Positions 61,302-64,000 of a stretch of DNA of 64,000 nucleotides are shown one piece after another. The notes beneath the pieces are model-generated. The model had not been told where the DNA came from. It saw nothing but the letters and a program-made list of their open reading frames with translations, and did no database searches. The first letter of the stretch is position 1. Each line of letters begins with the position of its first letter. Source of the DNA: Psammoneis japonica (lineage: Eukaryota). A program made the position numbers and the translations under genes. The stretch lies in NCBI GenBank assembly GCA_008632985.1, contig QPGO01000302.1:1-64000 (forward strand). The letters run 5' to 3'.

Positions 61302-62117
61302 ATGGCAAAGAAAAGAAGCAGCTTGTTCAGTCGAGCAAGGCAGAGTTTCTACAGGTGCGTCGATGTTGTTGGTAAACATTGACAACTAACGAGCACGTCA
61401 GATCTGGAGTTTTCTGTTGTCGGATATCCCTGATTGCGTTCTTTCTCTGTTCGTGCTCTTTCAGATCTGGGGGGAAGAAAGGTGCCAGCGTGGAAACCCT
61501 TCGCGGAAACAAAGGTGCTGATTTTGAAGGGCACGCCCGAGTGAAACGGGGGAAGACAAGAGGCTTAGGTTGCTCATGCTTTGGTGGAAAGGAGGTAAGG
61601 CATTACGAGTCTCCTTCAACCTTTACCGCCAAATTTCTGGCAGGTCGAGTCGTCCCACATACTTTACTCTCCTCGCCTCTTTGCACAGGAAAAAGATCGT
61701 TTTATACTCATCAAAGGGCATTTCTGCTTCGTTTTCTCAGACGAAGATGCGAAGTCGCCCAAGTATGCCATCGATCTCACACATAGAAAAGCTTCGATTC
61801 AAGAAGCATCAAGGGATGGTAAAACGGTTGTTCTATTAGAGACAGGCCTCGGTGATGTGGATTACGAATTTGTGTTCGACACCAAGCAGGACAAAAATAT
61901 TGCAAAGAAGTTTTCTAGCGCCGTCGGAGAAGAAGCTGCTCGAGCGGAAGCAGAACTTGTGAAAAAGCGTCTCGGCCACGAGCACTTGATGAAGACCCGG
62001 CCCTCTGTCAGATACGCGGAGAAGATTGGCGAGAAGAAAGTTGAGAGTCAACCTGATGCTCCTGTAACAGCTGCCGAAATTGCTGATGCCTCTCCACTGC
62101 CGATGAATGCTATCTAA
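61302..62117 (+). CDS. Small PH-like domain protein, 3 exons
   Basis: Spliced reading MAKKRSSLFSRARQSFYR|SGGKK...FEGHARVKRG...GGKE|EKDRFILIKGHFCFVFSDEDAKSPKYAIDL...; GT-AG introns keep the frame. Confidence 0.7.
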
Positions 62118-62239
62118 AGCTATTCCTCAAGTTGTAGTACATGAAGCGGCACAACAAGAGATCCATTTTGTGTGAAGCGAAGAAGTCTAGAGATATCTAG
62201 TAGAATGTCCCTGCGTGTTCGCCCTGCGTGTTTGGTGCC

Positions 62240-63012
62240 CTACCTTCCAGTTGGACGACCAGCCACTGACACTAAGTTGATGCAGTATCGATTGCCCTTT
62301 TTGTCCGGGAGATTATGTCCAAGATGAGTTCCGTCTATCGACACTGATTCTCCGTCAGGGAGAATCCTCATGTTCTCCCAAACGACCTCGTCGTCTCGAA
62401 ACGACGGCTTGCAGCACAGAGAAAAGTTCAGTGGGCCACTAAATGCACATAGTACTTTATCAGAATCATATCGACGGTACGGCACTTACCCACCCATGGG
62501 AACGGCTCTCAATGAGAAACTCCTCCATAGTCCTGCCTCGCGGAGCAATGAAAAGAGGTTTGCCAGTGTTTGAGTCGTAGAATGTGATTTCACCTTTCGC
62601 AGTTTTAGCGTCATCAATAAACGAAGTCTTCTCAAAATACCCAGAGTGTTCGGCGTAGTGTCTAGTGTTGTCGTTTTGGGCAGGTTCGAGAATGAAAGTT
62701 ACATGCAAAAGAAGTCATGAGAGGGTGCGTGAGAACCACGAAACAACCAAAGTACCGTGTTACTACAGCAAACTTAAATCTCCTCCCTACCTGTTGAAGT
62801 TGCAGATTCGATCCGCAGTACTTTTATCACATCCCCATCTTAAATTATCCTGAACAGGTCTGCAAAAAGAACACGAGCAAACCGGTGAATGAAACTAAGA
62901 TTGAGTAACTCGCTGTCAAAGCCAAAAAAGGCTCTTACGTGTTCGAACTACCATGTTTCTTTTTAGCCATGATAGTTTCATCGCCCATAACCACTTTACT
63001 TTGTCGACTCAT
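62240..63012 (-). CDS. MsrB/SelR-like protein, about 4 exons
   Basis: VQDNLRWGCD..TADRICNFN|RHYAEHSGYF...FYDSNTGKPLF...HGW|PSFRD...GTHLGHNLPD..GNRYCIN. Confidence 0.85.
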
Positions 63013-63369
63013 GGTGATGCGGTGGCCGAAAGGAGGGAGGAAGATGGTAACAACAGAGCAAGAGTTTTACTACCGGGATGCTGTCAGCGACGGCAGAAGG
63101 CCGAAGGCCGGCCGCCGCCGAAGCCCGAAGCTGAAATGAAAAACGATGAGCGCGACAAACGTGCCGTGCCAGGGGCAGACGTTGTGTTCAAAAGCCAACT
63201 AAAAAACAAATTGGTTCCTCCTCCTCTTTTAGGTGGAACTCTCTAGATAGATCGAAGTCTGAAACCGAAAGATTTTGGATTGCCGCCCTCGCTACTATCA
63301 GAAAATAGAGCCATGACGATTGCCTGCACCAATCATTTTGCTGCATTTTGCGCCGGGCGTTCGAATTAA

Positions 63370-64000
63370 TTGTGACACATGACGGTCATTTCGGTGCGCA
63401 CTTTTGCGCGACCCACGCGACATGACTAACATGCGTTAGTGCGTGGTGCTGGTTGTTTTGCTTCTGACCGTTCTGTCTTCTGTGAGGTTTCATGAGGCTG
63501 TCTGTGCACATTGATGTTGTCCAGTTGTGCATGTTGATGTTGTCTGAGGCAAGCTGCATTGGATCAAGTGAACGTGGAAATGTGCGAAATTTGCGCATTG
63601 TTGCAGTTTCTTTGCCAAACAGCCAGTCCTTGTTCATGGCCACACTCAATCCACGGCGGCTTAAGTGAAAGTCCATGTGCATGTGTTTTGCGCATTGATG
63701 CAGTTGTCTTTGCTGAGTGGTTGTTTGCAACTTGCTCAATTCCATCACCTCTGGCCACACTTCTTCTGAAGGGACTTTGCTTGCTCCTTCTCCTGCTCCG
63801 CCATCTCCTCCTCGGTGAAAAATCTCCCCGACCGCTGTGGAATCGCCGCTGCACATGCTGCCTTCAGCTCCTCCATGGTTGAATCATCCTTGGGCGCGAC
63901 CGTTGTTTCCACATGATGACTGTCCGCTGTCGTGTTGTCTTGCACAAGTGCAGAAGTGACATCAAAATTTCCCGAGGCAAGGTCAAACGCCGCTCTTGCT
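63370..64000. mobile_element. Start of another TpA-depleted repeat island, runs off the window
   Basis: After ~63440 only one TA (CTTAAG) was seen in ~560 bp; TG/CA-rich. Confidence 0.55.

Overview
Eukaryotic nuclear DNA, most likely from a pennate diatom (short GT-AG introns, signal peptides followed by A-F-type plastid motifs, a bHLH-PAS factor, CoDi-type Copia elements). About 20 compact host genes (TRM6, ATP23, ubiquitin-RPS27a, POP1, NUP93, seipin, NAA35, ERO1, bHLH-PAS, MsrB-like and others) alternate with five repeat islands (~6.0-7.95, ~15.0-16.6, ~28.9-45.7, ~50.1-52.5 and ~63.4-64 kb). The large island holds a nested Copia with LTRs and a 5-bp TSD, three copies of a MITE family (one lies in the 50-52 kb island), a Gypsy remnant and a possible RLE non-LTR fragment. 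The main signal is that the repeat islands have almost lost the TpA dinucleotide, converted to TpG or CpA on both strands (conserved Tyr codons read Cys or His), while neighbouring genes keep normal TpA. This looks like a repeat-targeted, DNA-level A:T->G:C hypermutation process, the mirror image of fungal RIP. Several essential genes carry frameshifts, so the assembly probably has long-read consensus errors, and the main signal needs checking with independent reads. All counts are by eye and approximate.
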